A stretch of DNA of 64,000 bases from an uncultured Planctomycetaceae bacterium (GTDB taxonomy: Bacteria > Planctomycetota > Planctomycetia > Isosphaerales > Isosphaeraceae): positions 4,320,001 to 4,384,000 of the forward strand of contig CAWIAD010000002.1 of the NCBI GenBank assembly GCA_963833985.1, given 5' to 3'. This document shows, in pieces, positions 61,028 through 64,000 of this stretch (position 1 is the stretch's first letter; every line of letters begins with the position of its first letter). The notes below the pieces were generated by a model. The model ran no database searches. It saw nothing but the letters and a program-made list of their open reading frames with translations, and was not told the DNA's origin. A program made the position numbers and the translations under genes.

Positions 61028-62146
61028 TCACACCGGCGCCAGGGGCGTATCGATCCAGGTGCGCTTCGCGTGCGACTCGAGCACGGCGTCGGCGACGAGC
61101 TGGGCGTTCAGGCCATCGTAAAAGCTGGGGACCGCGGGGCGGCCGGCGCTGATCGCGGAGACGAACTCCCACATCAGGTCATAGCGGAACACCGTGGCGG
61201 GAGCCCCTTCGGCGAGACTGCGCGGGCTGTCGGCGGGCTTCAGGAACTCGGGTGGAACGGGCACCGGAGCGAGGTCCTGTCCGGTCTTGCCCAGAAGGAT
61301 CGTGTTCGGCTCGTGCAGGCGGTAGACGGCCGAGCCTTCCGAGCCGTTGATCTCGGCCCATTCGTGGCCGAAGCCGTTGCGCTCGTAGCCCTTGGCCAGC
61401 GTCGTCCCCTCCCACACCCCCGTCGCGCCGCAGGCGAACTCGCCGATCAGGCACGACCAGTCGTCCACCTCGGAGGGCGGGCACGGCTTGCCCTCGGCGT
61501 TGCGGTCGCGCGGTGCAAACCGGGCCACGGCGCCGCAGACCCGCGCAATCGGACCCAGCAGGTCGATTGCGAAGTCGATGCGGTGGATGGTCATGTCGAA
61601 CAGGTCGCCGGCTCCGGCGCGGGCCTTGTACTGCCGCCAGCCCCAGCTCGTTTCCGGCCAGTCGAGGAACCGCTGCGAGCGGAAGTGGCGCGGGCTGCCC
61701 AGCGCCGGACCTGAGCAGGTGCCGCAGGTAGCGCATCGCCGGCGCGAAGCGGTAGGTGAAGGCCGTCATGTGCACCACGCCGGCGTCGGCGCCGCAACAT
61801 ACATGGAGCGCACCTCGGCGGCGTTCAGGCCCAGCGGCTTCTCACACATCACGTGCTTGCCGCCCTGCGCCGCGGCCACGGCGATGGGCCTGTGCAGGTC
61901 GTTCGGCGTGGCGATCACCACGGCGTCAACCAGGTCAGACTTGCAGAGCTCGATCGCATCGGTCGTGACGTGCTCCACGCCCCATTCGGCCTGGCGGCGC
62001 GAGAGCAGCTTCGTGTCGGCGTCGCATATGGCAGTCAGCGTGGCACGCTCATCCAGCCGCAGGCCGGGCAGGTGGTGATAGCCCACCACCGCGCCCACAC
62101 CGATGAACCCGATACGGAGCGGCTGCGACGAAGTAAATGGGGCCAT
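61028..62146 (-). CDS. Gfo/Idh/MocA oxidoreductase; two frameshifts near 61790 and 61703
   Basis: IGFIGVG, ATPNDLH, HVMCEKPL / AFTYRFAP / GAGDLFDMTIHRID spread over three frames. Confidence 0.85.
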
Positions 62147-62300
62147 GAGGAGTGTCCTTTCGGGGTGCTTGCCTTCAATCAACCGTCCTACTATGCTGCA
62201 CGGGACTTCGCAAGGGACCAGCGCCGCTGGCCTCGATTGAGACCCATCGATCCTCTCCCCGGCTGAGCCCCGTGCACCAGCCGCTCCAGGATTCTCCAAA

Positions 62301-63431
62301 ATGGACAGCAACACGCCGATCCGCCTAGCGATCATCGGGCTCGGCTTCGGTGCCGAGTTCATCCCCATCTACCAGAACTACCCAGGCGTGAAACTGACGG
62401 CGATCTGCCGGCGCGACCGCAAAGGACTGGACGAGTGCGGCGACCGCCACGGCATCGCGGGCCGCTACACTGACTACCGCAGGCTGCTGGAAGACCCCGG
62501 GATCGACGCGGTCCACATCAACTCGCCGATACCCGATCATGCCTGGATGTCGATCGAGGCTCTGAAGGCGGGCAAGCATGTGGCCTGCACGGTGCCCATG
62601 GGTACGTCGATCGACGAGTGTCGGCAGATCGTGGAGGCCCGGCGCGCCTCGGGCAAGGTCTACATGATGATGGAGACCGTGGTCTACAGCCGGGAATACC
62701 TCTTTGTCAAGGAGCTGTACGACCGGGGCGAGCTGGGACGGATCCAGTTCTTGCGGGGCAGCCACCAGCAAGACATGGACGGCTGGCCCGACTACTGGCC
62801 GGGCCTTCCCCCCATGTGGTACGCCACGCACTGCGTCAGCCCGTGCCTGGCAATCCTCGGCAAGCTGGCCGCGAGCGTGGTCTGCCACGGCTCGGGCCGG
62901 ATCCGCGAGGAGCTGATCGGACGCTACGGCAGCCCGTTCGCCATCGAGACCGCGACGTTCCAGATCGACGACTGCGACGTGGTGGCCGAGGTGACGCGCA
63001 GCCTGTTCGACACGGCTCGGCAGTATCGGGAGAGCTTCGATGTCTCGGGCAGCAGGAAGTCGTTCGAGTGGCAGCAGGTGGAAGGCGAGGAGCCGGTGAT
63101 CCATACCAAAAGCACACCAGAGCGCCCGCTCTCCGAACCGGAGATTGCGGCGCGTGTGCATGTGCCTGACTACGCCGGCCGGCTTCCCGAGGGGATCCGC
63201 CGGTTCACCCAGCCGTCGGCCATCCAGGATGCCGAGCACCTGTCGTTCCTTCAGGGCGGCGGGCACGGCGGATCGCACCCGCACCTCGTCCACGCATTCC
63301 TGAGCGCCGTGCGCGGCGAGCGCCCGGCCCTGCCCGACGCGGAGACGTCGGCCAACTGGACGATGGTGGGCCTGTGCGCCCACGAATCGGCGTTGCGGGG
63401 TGGCGAGCGAGTGCAGATCCCGCGGTTCTGA
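62301..63431 (+). CDS. Gfo/Idh/MocA family oxidoreductase
   Basis: LAIIGLGFG, AVHINSPIPDH, AGKHVACTVPM, GGGHGGSHPHL. Confidence 0.9.
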   Translation: MDSNTPIRLAIIGLGFGAEFIPIYQNYPGVKLTAICRRDRKGLDECGDRHGIAGRYTDYRRLLEDPGIDAVHINSPIPDHAWMSIEALKAGKHVACTVPMGTSIDECRQIVEARRASGKVYMMMETVVYSREYLFVKELYDRGELGRIQFLRGSHQQDMDGWPDYWPGLPPMWYATHCVSPCLAILGKLAASVVCHGSGRIREELIGRYGSPFAIETATFQIDDCDVVAEVTRSLFDTARQYRESFDVSGSRKSFEWQQVEGEEPVIHTKSTPERPLSEPEIAARVHVPDYAGRLPEGIRRFTQPSAIQDAEHLSFLQGGGHGGSHPHLVHAFLSAVRGERPALPDAETSANWTMVGLCAHESALRGGERVQIPRF

Positions 63432-63555
63432 TCGGTTGATTTTGCCCGTGGAGCAGGCGACGATGAGCCGGCGGGCAGGGCTGTGAAGAGGCGTGAGTCA
63501 GGATCAAGGTGCCAGAGACCGGGCTCGCGAGAGCACGAAAAGCCAGGAGCGATTG

Positions 63556-64000
63556 ATGCGCGGGAAAGACAGATGCGTGGGGCCGGCGGTGTTCCTTCTG
63601 GGAGCGATGGCCGTCTGGGTGATGGCCGCAACACCTGCACGGGCGGACGCCGCCGCTGGAACGGGGAGCGTGACCAAGATGCAATTCGGAAAGTTGCCGG
63701 ACGGCACGCCGGTGGAACTGTACGTGCTGAAGAACGGACAGATCACCGTCAAGGTGATGACCTACGGCGCGACCATCACCGAGATCGATGCGCCGGACCG
63801 CAACGGCAAGGAAGACGACATCGTCCTGGGGTTCGATAGCCTGGAGGGATACCTGGGCAAAGAACCCTACTTCGGCGCGACGGTTGGCCGGGTGGCCAAC
63901 CGGATCGCCAGGGGGAAGTTCACCCTCGACGGGCAAGAGTACCATGTCGCCGTCAACGACCCGCCGAACAGCTTGCACGGGGGCATCAAGGGGTTTGACA
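63556..64000 (+). CDS. galM: Aldose 1-epimerase with signal peptide (partial, runs off the right edge)
   Basis: Manual translation: FGKLPDG...TYGATI...PDRNG...DIVLGFD...YFGATVGRVANRIA...NSLHGGIKGFD. Confidence 0.92.
   Translation, partial: MRGKDRCVGPAVFLLGAMAVWVMAATPARADAAAGTGSVTKMQFGKLPDGTPVELYVLKNGQITVKVMTYGATITEIDAPDRNGKEDDIVLGFDSLEGYLGKEPYFGATVGRVANRIARGKFTLDGQEYHVAVNDPPNSLHGGIKGFD

Overview
High-GC bacterial DNA; gene content (giant prepilin-peptide proteins, Minf_1886-like gene) suggests a planctomycete, possibly Isosphaeraceae (inference, no search run). 1-19.5 kb (minus): type IV pilus/T2SS-like operon pilB-pilT-pilB-pilC followed by six very large pilin-like genes, with GTAG REP-like palindromes between genes. 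20-32.5 kb: housekeeping and metabolic genes (UxaA-like, GT-C-like, CvpA, S4, EgtD, Trm112-like, PSP1/RicT, Minf_1886-like, GH51, TlpA). 32.6-36 kb (minus): kaiB-kaiC(ST)-PAS hybrid kinase operon, no kaiA seen. 36-42.4 kb: rnd, hydrolases, TPR, VOC, PLP enzyme. 42.6-46.1 kb: second KaiC-like ATPase plus hybrid kinase. 46.3-57.9 kb, the most unusual locus: a CheR/CheB-less chemosensory module (CheW, MCP, CheA-REC, REC-DUF4388-wHTH-pseudoREC) continuing into two coiled-coil proteins, an FGE-fold protein, a Zn-ribbon TRAFAC GTPase and a GAP1-N2-like protein. Then an ABC-2 transporter, two Gfo/Idh/MocA oxidoreductases and a partial galM. About 12 small frameshifts interrupt otherwise intact genes, most likely long-read consensus errors. 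No rRNA, tRNA, CRISPR array or transposase was recognised.
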